Positions 38,131-47,402 of a stretch of DNA of 52,700 nt are shown here, one piece after another. The stretch is taken from assembly GCA_013360215.1 (NCBI GenBank), contig JABWCP010000039.1, positions 1 to 52,700 of the forward strand, given 5' to 3'. The notes beneath the pieces were generated by a model. The model was given only the letters and a program-made list of their open reading frames with translations, ran no database searches and was not told where the DNA came from. This stretch comes from a bacterium (GTDB lineage Bacteria; CLD3; SB21). Within the stretch, counting starts at the first letter, position 1. Every line of letters begins with the position of its first letter. The position numbers and the translations under genes were made by a program.

Positions 38131-38877
38131 ATGAATATTATCGTCTGCATGAAACAAGTTCCGGACAGCGAAACGCGCGTAAAAATCGGCGCCGACGGCA
38201 AGTCTGTGGATCTTTCGGCGGCCAATTTTGTGGTCAACCCCTATGACGAATTTGCCATCGAAGAAGGCATTCGTCTCAAAGAAAAATTTGGCGGTGAAGT
38301 GACGATCCTGACGCTCGGTACGGATCGCGCGGAAAATGACATTCGTAAAGGTTTGGCTATGGGCGCGGACAAAGCGATCCTGCTCAAAGCCGATGCGTTT
38401 GACGGCGATGTAGCCCATGCACTGGCGGAAGAAATCAAAACCGGCGCGTACGATTTGGTACTTTTCGGCAAACAAGCCATTGACGAAGACAGCTCCGTCA
38501 TGCCGCAAATGATCGCTGAAAAGCTGAATCTCCCCTGCGTCACGGTGGTTACCAAACTGGATGTCCAGGCCGAGACCAAAGCGATCACCTGCGAACGTGA
38601 AATCGAAGGCGGCAAAGAGATCGTCGAACTTTCGTATCCGGCCGTAATCGGCACCCAAAAAGGAATCAATGAACCGCGTTTGCCTAACCTCAAAGGCATC
38701 ATGGCGGCCAAGAAAAAAACCATCGATAAAAAAGACCCGGCTAAAGCTCCGGCGATGACGGAAATCGTAGCGATCGAATTGCCACCGGCACGTCCTGCGG
38801 GCAAAATCGTCGGCAAAGGCGCCGATGCGGTTCCCGAGTTGCTTCGCTTACTGCACGAAGAGGCCAAAGTCATCTAA
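38131..38877 (+). CDS. etfB: Electron transfer flavoprotein beta subunit
   Basis: KQVPD, NPYDEFAIEEG, GKQAID, NEPR-P; GGAGG RBS. Confidence 0.97.
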   Translation: MNIIVCMKQVPDSETRVKIGADGKSVDLSAANFVVNPYDEFAIEEGIRLKEKFGGEVTILTLGTDRAENDIRKGLAMGADKAILLKADAFDGDVAHALAEEIKTGAYDLVLFGKQAIDEDSSVMPQMIAEKLNLPCVTVVTKLDVQAETKAITCEREIEGGKEIVELSYPAVIGTQKGINEPRLPNLKGIMAAKKKTIDKKDPAKAPAMTEIVAIELPPARPAGKIVGKGADAVPELLRLLHEEAKVI

Positions 38878-38921
38878 GCGGTTCACGATCCGATCAACAA
38901 AAAAAATAATATGGAGTATAT

Positions 38922-39890
38922 ATGTCCGTTATAGCATTTGCAGAACAGCGCGGCGGCGCTTTTAAGAAATCGGCTTTCGAAGCCGTGGCCGAGGCCAAAC
39001 GTCTGGCCGATAAACTCGGTACGCAGGCCGTCGCCGTAGTCATCGGAAATAACGTGTCCGGTATAGCCGCCGAACTCGGCAAATACGGCGCTTCCAAAGT
39101 CTATGTCGCAGAAAACGCGGCGTTGGAAAACTATTCGACCGAAGGTTACACGCAAGCTCTGAACGAAGCCGTCAAAAAAGAAAATGCTTCGGTGGTACTT
39201 TTGGGTGCGACGGCGATGGGCAAAGACCTCGCACCGCGTACGGCTGCACGTCTGGGCGCCGGTATCGCGAGCGATGTCACCGGTTTGGACGTCGAAGGCG
39301 GTAAAATCACCATTACCCGCCCGATCATGTCCGGCAAAGCCTTCCAAAAACTGCGCATTACGACGGCCACCCAAGTGATCACGATTCGCCCCAATGTATT
39401 TAAAGCAACCGAGTCCGGTGCGGCCGCGGCAGTAGAAAATCTTTCGATGACGATGGCCCCCATCCGTGCTACGGTAAAAAACACGGTCGTCGAATCCGGT
39501 AAAAAAGTCGAGCTCACCGAAGCCGATGTCGTCGTTTCCGGCGGACGCGGGCTCAAAGCGCCTGAAAACTGGAACTTGGTCGTGGAATTGGCCGAAGCTT
39601 TCGGTGGCGCCCACGGCGCATCACGTGCGGTCGTAGACGCCGGATGGCGTTCGCACGAAGAGCAGGTCGGTCAAACCGGTAAAACGGTCAGCCCGCAACT
39701 CTATATCGCGTGCGGCATTTCCGGTGCCATTCAGCATTTGGCCGGTATGTCGAGTTCCAAATACATCGTGGCGATCAATAGCGATGCGGAAGCGCCGATA
39801 TTCAAAATCGCCGACTACGGTATCGTAGGCGATGTGATGGAGATATTGCCTGCCATGACCGCCCAAGTGCGTAAGATCAAAGGCAAATAG
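38922..39890 (+). CDS. etfA: Electron transfer flavoprotein alpha subunit
   Basis: VVSGGRG, GASRAVVDAGW, QVGQTGKTV, GISGAIQHLAG. Confidence 0.97.
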   Translation: MSVIAFAEQRGGAFKKSAFEAVAEAKRLADKLGTQAVAVVIGNNVSGIAAELGKYGASKVYVAENAALENYSTEGYTQALNEAVKKENASVVLLGATAMGKDLAPRTAARLGAGIASDVTGLDVEGGKITITRPIMSGKAFQKLRITTATQVITIRPNVFKATESGAAAAVENLSMTMAPIRATVKNTVVESGKKVELTEADVVVSGGRGLKAPENWNLVVELAEAFGGAHGASRAVVDAGWRSHEEQVGQTGKTVSPQLYIACGISGAIQHLAGMSSSKYIVAINSDAEAPIFKIADYGIVGDVMEILPAMTAQVRKIKGK

Positions 39891-39913
39891 TCCGATTTAT
39901 TTTTAGCTTGCCA

Positions 39914-39945
39914 GGGGCTGACGCATAAGCGATCAGCCCTTTTTT
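39914..39945 (+). terminator. Intrinsic terminator after etfA
   Basis: GGGCTGA/TCAGCCC stem followed by a T run. Confidence 0.75.
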
Positions 39946-39979
39946 GTTTATGAAGTATATCTGCCGGCGGAAAAAATCA

Positions 39980-40008
39980 TTGCAAAATAAGCCTTAGCCG
40001 CCTATCTT
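39980..40008 (+). promoter_or_regulatory. Sigma70-like promoter of tRNA-Val
   Basis: TTGCAA-17 bp-TATCTT preceded by GCC. Confidence 0.65.
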
Positions 40009-40042
40009 TGACCGGCTTTTATTTTATCTTCGTACGACATTC

Positions 40043-40120
40043 GGGCAATTAGCTCAGTTGGTTCAGAGCGTTCGCTTCACACGCGAAAGGTCACTGGTTC
40101 GAATCCAGTATTGCCCACCA
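40043..40120 (+). tRNA. tRNA-Val (anticodon CAC)
   Basis: Acceptor stem GGGCAAT/ATTGCCC, anticodon stem TTCGC/GCGAA with loop TT-CAC-AC, T arm ACTGG-TTCGAAT-CCAGT, encoded CCA. Confidence 0.96.
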
Positions 40121-40182
40121 ATTCTTAAACATATTTCTATATATTTCTTTAGACGCGAAAGGCCATCCCGCCTGAAGCGGGA

Positions 40183-40207
40183 TATTGCCCACCAATTCTT
40201 AAACATA
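40183..40207 (+). repeat. 25-bp direct repeat of the tRNA 3' end and flank (att-like)
   Basis: TATTGCCCACCAATTCTTAAACATA is identical at 40109-40133 and 40183-40207. Confidence 0.9.
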
Positions 40208-40440
40208 AGCGGGATATTGCCAATTTATCTCATGAATATTTCTATCAGCGCTTTAATATATATACCCTATTCGATATCATTGAAGCAACAGTTGTTCATG
40301 GTTCCATTGTGAGCTATAATCGCCAGCATAATCTATAGATTCCATTTATGATACGAGTATCCTTTGGTAAGCATTTTTCTTGATTATTCTCTTTTCATCT
40401 ACGAAATTGCTTATAATCCTTTCTCTTTGGGGTTCGTATT

Positions 40441-43197
40441 TTGCCTAAATCCATTTCCGAAGCTGAAACCCGTTATTCCCTGATCGATCCCGATCTTAAA
40501 AAAGCCGGATGGAATCTGTCCGACCGGTCGCAGGTGGGGTTTGAAATTCCGGTCGACCGATACGACGGTAAGCTGGAAGAGGGGATCACCGACTATTGCC
40601 TCTACCACGCCAACGGCGAAGTTCTGGCCGTCGTGGAAGCCAAGCGAACCAGCCGCGATGCCCGCGTAGGGCAGAAGCAGGTTGAAGATTACGTCACTAA
40701 GATCGCTAAAACCCAATCCTTCCGACCGTTTGCCTTTATGGCCAATGGCACGGATATCTTCTTCTGGGATACCGAGGAATCAGCACCGCGCCACGTTGCC
40801 GGGTTCTTTTCACGTGAGAATCTCGAACGCCTGCTCTGGATCAAACAAAACCGCATTCCGCTAAGCACGATTCAGATAAAACAATCCATCGTTGACCGCG
40901 CGTATCAGGCGGAAGCAATTCGCCGCATCTCCGAGACCATCGAATTAAAGAAAAAACGTAAAGCCCTGCTTGTCATGGCTACGGGAACGGGCAAAACGCG
41001 CACAACGATGGCCCTGATCGACGTATTTCTGCAGGCCCGCGCCGCTCAGAGGGTTCTGTTCCTCGCTGACCGTGATGCCTTGGTGCAACAGGCCATGACG
41101 GACGGACTCAAACGCCATCTGCCCAACGAAGCCCGCGGACGTATACGAACTTACGACCTCGACAAAACCAAAAGGGTCTTCGTATCCACGCTGCAGACTT
41201 TGGAGATCTGTTTCAAGGAATTCACACCCGGTGATTTCGATCTGATCATTACCGACGAATGCCATCGCTCGATATACAATAAATTCACCGACGTATTGGC
41301 CTATTTCGATGCCGTTCAGATAGGCCTTACGGCTACTCCGGCGCAATTCATCGACCGCGATACATTCAAATTCTTCGATTGCGAAAATAACGCCCCGACC
41401 TTCCTGTATTCCTACGAGGATGCCGTCAAAGAAGAATATCTGGTAGACTACAACGTCTATTCCGCACAGACCAAATTCCAGCGCAAAGGCATCAAAGGCG
41501 TGGACCTGAGCGAGGAGGAACAAAACGCCCTGCGCGAGCGCGGCATTGATCCGGAGGACATCAATTACGAAGGCACCGACCTGGAACGCAAAGTGACCAA
41601 CCGCGACACCCTGCGGAAACAGATCGAGGAATTCATGGAAGTCTGTCACAAAGATTCCACCGGCCAGCTTCCGGGCAAGTCTATCGTCTTTGCCATCACG
41701 CAGGATCACGCCATGCGCATTGCGGAGGAATTCAACAAAATGTATCCCGAACATCAGGGGCGGGTGGTGCAGGTGATCACCAGCAAGATGGAACGCACGC
41801 GCGAACTGATCGATGCCTTCAAGAAAAACGACATGCCGCGCATAGCGATCTCCGTGGACATGCTCGACACGGGCATCGACGTGCCGGAGGTCGTGAATCT
41901 GGCCTTCATGAAGCCGGTCAATTCGCAGATCAAATTCTGGCAGATGATCGGACGCGGCACGCGCCCGCACGAAGCCTGTCAAAACTATGCCTGGCTGCCC
42001 AATAGCCGCAAAGAGAGTTTCCTCATCGTGGATTTCTGGGAGAATTTCGAACACTTCGAGATGATGCCCAAAGACGACAAAGGCCCTTCGCAGGTGCCCG
42101 TGCTCGTCACGATATTCCATACTCGCCTTCAGAAACTTCAGTTTCTTCTGGGCGACCAGTCTTCCGCCGATCTCAAACGCATCGTGCAGGACGTACGCGC
42201 GGACATTGCCAGGATTCCAACCGATTCTTTTACCGTAAAGAGATCCATGAGCGACCTGAGGCAGGTCACGGACGATGATTTCTGGGCTTATCTGACGGAA
42301 GACAAACTCGAACTGCTCCGTCTCAGGATCGCGCCCTTGCTCCGGTTCGTCACCGGAGTCAATCCCAAAGAAGCCTTTTTCATCAGCAAGATGGAACGTG
42401 CGGAACTGTTTCTTCTGCAGAAAAAAGACTTATCCGCGCTCATGGAATCCATTCGTGAAGACGTAGCACGTCTGCCGTCATCACTGCCGCAGGTAAAAGC
42501 GGTCGAAGAACACCGCCAAAATATATTAGCCAATAAATTCTGGACCGAACTCACGCTTGAACGTCTTGACACAGCCAAAAAAGCCCTCGCCCCGGTGATG
42601 AAACTGGCCGAAGACATCAAAACCGATCCCATCGAACTCGGCCTCGACGACATCATCGATTCCCGCCGGTGGATCATTCTGCGCGACAAGACCGGAAAGC
42701 AAAAGATCATGATCGAGGAATACAAAAAGCAGGTCGAGGAGAAGATCCTTGAACTGGCCGAAAAACATCCGACGATCAAAAAGCTCAAAGCCGGTGAAAC
42801 CATCACGGCAGGCGATCTGGAAGACTTAGACGATACACTTGAAAAAGAACTGATCCATCTCGGCCTTGACGAAGAAAATATTCTCAAAGCTTTCGGCGTG
42901 CGCGTAGGGAATCTCGTGGATTTTCTCAAACATATCCTGCACCTGGAGTCGCTTCCGACCTACGCATCCATCGTGCAAAGGTCATTCGATGCCTTTATTC
43001 TGGAACATAATTACAACGCCGATCAGTCGCGTTTTCTTCGTGTCGTGCAAAGCGTATTTCTGCAAAGACGCAAACTGGAACTGGCCGATCTGTATGAGGA
43101 ACCGTTTACGAATCTTGGAATGAATGCGGTGGAGAAGTTATTTGGGAAAGAGGAAGTGGATGAATTGATTATGTTAACAAGAAGATTAGTTGCTTGA
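40441..43197 (+). CDS. hsdR: Type I restriction enzyme R subunit (EcoAI/EcoEI-like)
   Basis: SEAETR, DY..VVEAKR nuclease motif, MATGTGKT, DECHRS, GLTATP, DMLDTGID, QMIGRGTR; TTG start. Confidence 0.93.
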   Translation: MPKSISEAETRYSLIDPDLKKAGWNLSDRSQVGFEIPVDRYDGKLEEGITDYCLYHANGEVLAVVEAKRTSRDARVGQKQVEDYVTKIAKTQSFRPFAFMANGTDIFFWDTEESAPRHVAGFFSRENLERLLWIKQNRIPLSTIQIKQSIVDRAYQAEAIRRISETIELKKKRKALLVMATGTGKTRTTMALIDVFLQARAAQRVLFLADRDALVQQAMTDGLKRHLPNEARGRIRTYDLDKTKRVFVSTLQTLEICFKEFTPGDFDLIITDECHRSIYNKFTDVLAYFDAVQIGLTATPAQFIDRDTFKFFDCENNAPTFLYSYEDAVKEEYLVDYNVYSAQTKFQRKGIKGVDLSEEEQNALRERGIDPEDINYEGTDLERKVTNRDTLRKQIEEFMEVCHKDSTGQLPGKSIVFAITQDHAMRIAEEFNKMYPEHQGRVVQVITSKMERTRELIDAFKKNDMPRIAISVDMLDTGIDVPEVVNLAFMKPVNSQIKFWQMIGRGTRPHEACQNYAWLPNSRKESFLIVDFWENFEHFEMMPKDDKGPSQVPVLVTIFHTRLQKLQFLLGDQSSADLKRIVQDVRADIARIPTDSFTVKRSMSDLRQVTDDDFWAYLTEDKLELLRLRIAPLLRFVTGVNPKEAFFISKMERAELFLLQKKDLSALMESIREDVARLPSSLPQVKAVEEHRQNILANKFWTELTLERLDTAKKALAPVMKLAEDIKTDPIELGLDDIIDSRRWIILRDKTGKQKIMIEEYKKQVEEKILELAEKHPTIKKLKAGETITAGDLEDLDDTLEKELIHLGLDEENILKAFGVRVGNLVDFLKHILHLESLPTYASIVQRSFDAFILEHNYNADQSRFLRVVQSVFLQRRKLELADLYEEPFTNLGMNAVEKLFGKEEVDELIMLTRRLVA

Positions 43198-43283
43198 AGA
43201 TGGATGTAAAGAACTTTTTCGTGATATATAAATCATTGTTCTAATCTATTTGGAAAGACATTTGCAAAATAATGGGAGGTAAC

Positions 43284-46200
43284 ATGCGTTTTTTTGTATT
43301 CATATCCACAACTTGTCATAAAGATGCTCAAGAAAAGGGCTTTGCGAAGGAAATTGAGAAGCTGAGAATAAAGGTTGAAGCCGATCAATCAGTAGACTCA
43401 TGGGAAGATTTTTTGCCAAGTCCTATCATACAAAAGAAATTAGGGGGTTATAGGTTAGTCGCAGAAAAGCGAATCGTTGATGACTCCACAATGGCGATAG
43501 TATTTCTTACTATTTTGAAAAAGGGAACTCCGAAATATGAGAAATTTCATGGTGCAGAAGTCGAGTATTGTGAAAACCTTAAACCATCAAATTTACAAGT
43601 TACCGATGAAATCAGGGCTCGCATTAGAGAAGAAAATTCTGTACCAATTGTTCCTGAGCCGAATGACATAGAATACAGTTATCTTTTTGATCAGGGCAAT
43701 AGCCTGGATTTTGACGATGGCATTGTGTTCGAAAGTCATGAATGGGTCCAACGTATCTCCAAGGGTGAATACCAACAATATCTAACAGATTTCTACAATA
43801 TTGCTAGTGGCATATTTGGGGATGCGACAGACACATTAAAGATCAGCTCTTCAACTAGTGCACAGATCTTATTCCGTTACTTTCCTGAATCAAAAATATT
43901 GTTTCTGATTTCACCGATTACAAAAGCCAATCAATCAGAAATTCAGAAGATTCAGGAACAATTTGCGTCTATTTTAATGAATTCAACGGTGTCCCAAGAC
44001 GAATTATTGAGACAAAGCGGAAGATCTTATCCTGCATTAGTACTCGCTGATGATTTTGAAGTGTGGAGTGCCATTGAGTCTAACAAAGAGGGCAATTTGG
44101 CCCTTTCTCCAGAGGAATCAGTTATTCTAGAGTCCGTTTTCTTGTCAAAGAGACCCAAAGAAAAGAGATTTCCCCTGTTCATTAATGGAAGACCGGGTAG
44201 CGGTAAGTCTACGGTCTTACATTATATGTTTGCAGAGTTTTTTTTTCGACATATTCAGAAGTCGAAAGATCAGAGGCTAAAGCGGCCGCCCCTGTATCTC
44301 ACATATAATCCGAGACTACTGGAAAACGCCCGAGCCGCTGTGGTCAAAATAGTGACATCAAACCACAAATTTGCCGCAGAAAAAAAAGTATTTACGGAGC
44401 AGGAATTGGAGGAAACCCTCGATCAGGCATTTGAAGTTTTTCATGATTTTCTTAAAAAATCTCTGCCATCAGAAAAGTCAAACTTATTCCGTAAAGATAA
44501 AAGGATTGATTTTGGAGAGTTTAAGAAAAGATGGTCAGACCATATGAGGCGTGATTTCCGGAATGAACTAAAAAAAATCAACGCCGAATTAGCATGGCAT
44601 GTTATTAGAACATACATCAAAGGCATGCGTGACGATGAGGATAACTATTTTGACAAGGATTCCTATTTTGATCTTCCGGAAAAGAGAAAAACAGTCAGTC
44701 AGAAGACATTTGACTTAATTTATGATGAATGTTGGGAAGGTTGGTATTATCCATTATGCAATAAATCGCAATACTGGGATGATCAGGATCTGACGCGCAA
44801 GGTTCTTGATGAGGTTGGGGCAGATTATTTCCAATATCCAGCCGTTTTTTGTGATGAGGCACAAGATTTTACTCGGATTGAATTGGAACTTATTTTCAGG
44901 ATGAATCTTTTTTCACGACGACGGACATTACCGGATCAGATAAAAAATATCGCATTTTCATTTGCAGGTGACCCATTCCAGACTCTCAACCCAACAGGAT
45001 TCAATTGGGAATCAGTTTCATCAGCTTTTTATGAAAGAATAGTTCAACATTTGGATCCTTCTGGATCAGGGCGGCTTCAATTCAATCCTCAAGAACTGAA
45101 GAACAGTTACCGTTCGACACGTCACATCGTAGGAGTGTGCAATCTCATACTCTTAGTTCGCGGCATTCTCTTTAATATACCTAAGCTGCATCCACAAGTA
45201 TCTTGGTTTGAAAGGGATGCTTCAGTTCCGGAATTTTATGATATACAAAGTCAGCATTGTGTTGATCGACTAAGAGAGGAGGAGAGCATTACGGTTATCT
45301 TACCCTGTCAAGAAGATGAAGAATTAGACTACATCGAGAAAGACAGTATTTTAAAGGAATTGTCGGTTTCCGGAGACCGTCCAAGAACCTTCTTAAGTCC
45401 AATGGCTGCCAAAGGTCAAGAATTCCCTCGTGTTGTTATCTATAAGTTCGGAGATGATTGTGTTCGCAACTACCCAACTCTGTTAGACCCACTCTCTTCC
45501 GTAAAGCCTCAGGAACAGGACTTGGATAGGCTATTGCCCATGCAATATTTTATGAATCGTCTATATGTGGCAGCCAGCAGGGCTCAGAAGCGATTGATCA
45601 TTGTTGATACAGAAGATGGCATTAGCAAATTCTGGAATAATGCAATGATGACTAACCCCGATGCTCTTATTGATAAGTATAGAACCATGTTTGATCCGAA
45701 TAATCCATGGGGGACAAAAAATATCTGTCTCTGTCAGCCGGGCGTCCAGACCACAAAAGATAGAAAATGGTCCGAAGATCGGGAAAACCCTGAAGAGCTC
45801 GCAGAAGTAGCGAAGAACTTAAAGGAGGACGGAAGAAGAACCAAGAGTTCATATAAGTTGCGTCTAGCATCAGCAAATTTTGAGCGCGCTTCTTTACCTG
45901 ATGAAGCTAAAAGATGTATGGCATTGTGTTATGAAATAGAAAATAAGTATACTGAAGCAGCTAAATTGTATCAAGAACAATCCTTACACACAGAAGCTCT
46001 TGGGTGCTATTGGCAGGGGGGCTTGTTCAGTAATGTTGTAAAAAATGTTGCGTTTTCGGAGTATCCAGAGTACCGAGCGTCAGATTTTATGCTGGGAGTG
46101 CAAAGTGGATCAGACAGTATACAGTTCCTTGATTTTATTTCGAATGAAATGCGCGGCCCCAGGAAAAATAATATAATTGACAATCCGACATGGATTAACG

Positions 46201-47399
46201 TTTTTGAGAAACTGATAGCAGCGCTGGCGAAAATGGACAACACAACTGATGGTAACGATGCATATAGAAAAGTTATGGCAATTAGTCAAGAAGGTCTCCC
46301 GACGTCACAATACTTGGAGCTTGGAAAACTCGCATGCAAAGCAGGGCTTTATGAGGAAGCATTGAAACAGTTCAATAAAATCACGCCCAAACCGGTTGAT
46401 GCACCCGAATACGTTTTTGTAAAATCACAACTTTCGCCATTTCCGGAAAGTATTGAATGGCTGCACAAACAAAAAAATGGTAGTGAAATAATAACCCAAT
46501 GGAAAACGCATTCACTTTTGCTTGAGGAAAAATATGAAACAATAGTCTACAATGCTATTATTGAAAAGCAGGCGTTTGACCTCCTTCCTCAATTCATAGA
46601 GTTTCATCCTAAGTATGACTATTTTTTTAAAGCGCTTAGTGTTTATGAAAAGGAACAAGATGATATATCGTACGAGTTAATGGCGCATCGGCTGATTTGT
46701 CATTACGTAGATGAAAACCGATGGACAGAAGTGTTGAAGTTCTTGAACAGTAATATCAAGATAAAAAAGTTGGATTTAGGTATAAAGAATCGATTTGTTT
46801 TTGAATTTGCAAAATCATCACCGAAACTCAATGAAGAAAACGAAAAAGCCATCGCAGATTTTATTGAGAAGTGGTATATCAAACACCCAGAATCAATTTT
46901 TAGTATAAAGATAGTTGGGACGTCAGTTGAGAAATCAAATCGTATGATTCTTTCTCTTGAATTTTATGAAAATATTTGGAAGCACAAGAAATATGGATCA
47001 GAAGCAGATCTGGAATTTGCAAGAAGACGTTGGTTGCGGTGTAAAAATAGGCAAATAGAACGTGGCAAATCCACATCTCGTGGAATTGAGGACTTTGAAA
47101 AATACTCTGCGGAGTGGGGCTATTCTATTGATGACATCCCGCAATATGAAGATCTTGATGGTATATCTTTTTCAGACGAGTATAAAGTTCCAGTGCAGCA
47201 GCAAAAAGCACGAGCAAGTACGCGGGTCGAGATTAGAAAGGATACGATTTCTGAAGAGCAGCGACTGGCTATCAAGGATCTTTATGAAATTGGTTATTCA
47301 GTAGAAAAAATACGACATATATTTCCGACGGTGTCCAATAACACGATCGAAATGATAATTGACAGTAACATGACTGAAGCGCAGAACAAACACAAGTAA
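43284..47399 (+). CDS. Large SF1 (UvrD-like) helicase/ATPase with RelE-like N-terminus, TPR-like region and possible C-terminal HTH
   Basis: LSPEE, GRPGSGKST, DEAQD, AGDPFQTL, SYRS, AKGQEF, RLYVAASRA; GGAGGT RBS before ATG 43284. Confidence 0.8.
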   Translation: MRFFVFISTTCHKDAQEKGFAKEIEKLRIKVEADQSVDSWEDFLPSPIIQKKLGGYRLVAEKRIVDDSTMAIVFLTILKKGTPKYEKFHGAEVEYCENLKPSNLQVTDEIRARIREENSVPIVPEPNDIEYSYLFDQGNSLDFDDGIVFESHEWVQRISKGEYQQYLTDFYNIASGIFGDATDTLKISSSTSAQILFRYFPESKILFLISPITKANQSEIQKIQEQFASILMNSTVSQDELLRQSGRSYPALVLADDFEVWSAIESNKEGNLALSPEESVILESVFLSKRPKEKRFPLFINGRPGSGKSTVLHYMFAEFFFRHIQKSKDQRLKRPPLYLTYNPRLLENARAAVVKIVTSNHKFAAEKKVFTEQELEETLDQAFEVFHDFLKKSLPSEKSNLFRKDKRIDFGEFKKRWSDHMRRDFRNELKKINAELAWHVIRTYIKGMRDDEDNYFDKDSYFDLPEKRKTVSQKTFDLIYDECWEGWYYPLCNKSQYWDDQDLTRKVLDEVGADYFQYPAVFCDEAQDFTRIELELIFRMNLFSRRRTLPDQIKNIAFSFAGDPFQTLNPTGFNWESVSSAFYERIVQHLDPSGSGRLQFNPQELKNSYRSTRHIVGVCNLILLVRGILFNIPKLHPQVSWFERDASVPEFYDIQSQHCVDRLREEESITVILPCQEDEELDYIEKDSILKELSVSGDRPRTFLSPMAAKGQEFPRVVIYKFGDDCVRNYPTLLDPLSSVKPQEQDLDRLLPMQYFMNRLYVAASRAQKRLIIVDTEDGISKFWNNAMMTNPDALIDKYRTMFDPNNPWGTKNICLCQPGVQTTKDRKWSEDRENPEELAEVAKNLKEDGRRTKSSYKLRLASANFERASLPDEAKRCMALCYEIENKYTEAAKLYQEQSLHTEALGCYWQGGLFSNVVKNVAFSEYPEYRASDFMLGVQSGSDSIQFLDFISNEMRGPRKNNIIDNPTWINVFEKLIAALAKMDNTTDGNDAYRKVMAISQEGLPTSQYLELGKLACKAGLYEEALKQFNKITPKPVDAPEYVFVKSQLSPFPESIEWLHKQKNGSEIITQWKTHSLLLEEKYETIVYNAIIEKQAFDLLPQFIEFHPKYDYFFKALSVYEKEQDDISYELMAHRLICHYVDENRWTEVLKFLNSNIKIKKLDLGIKNRFVFEFAKSSPKLNEENEKAIADFIEKWYIKHPESIFSIKIVGTSVEKSNRMILSLEFYENIWKHKKYGSEADLEFARRRWLRCKNRQIERGKSTSRGIEDFEKYSAEWGYSIDDIPQYEDLDGISFSDEYKVPVQQQKARASTRVEIRKDTISEEQRLAIKDLYEIGYSVEKIRHIFPTVSNNTIEMIIDSNMTEAQNKHK

Positions 47400-47402
47400 A
47401 TC

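Noticed and set aside
40058-40312. 84-aa ORF
   Set aside because: Overlaps tRNA-Val and the att-like repeats; spurious.
40945-42120. 391-aa antisense ORF, and similar long shadow ORFs opposite hsdM, cheA, cheR, etfAB and pdxS, plus the alternate-frame ORF in cheB
   Set aside because: Frames overlapping well-supported genes, with no recognisable motifs; expected from codon bias.
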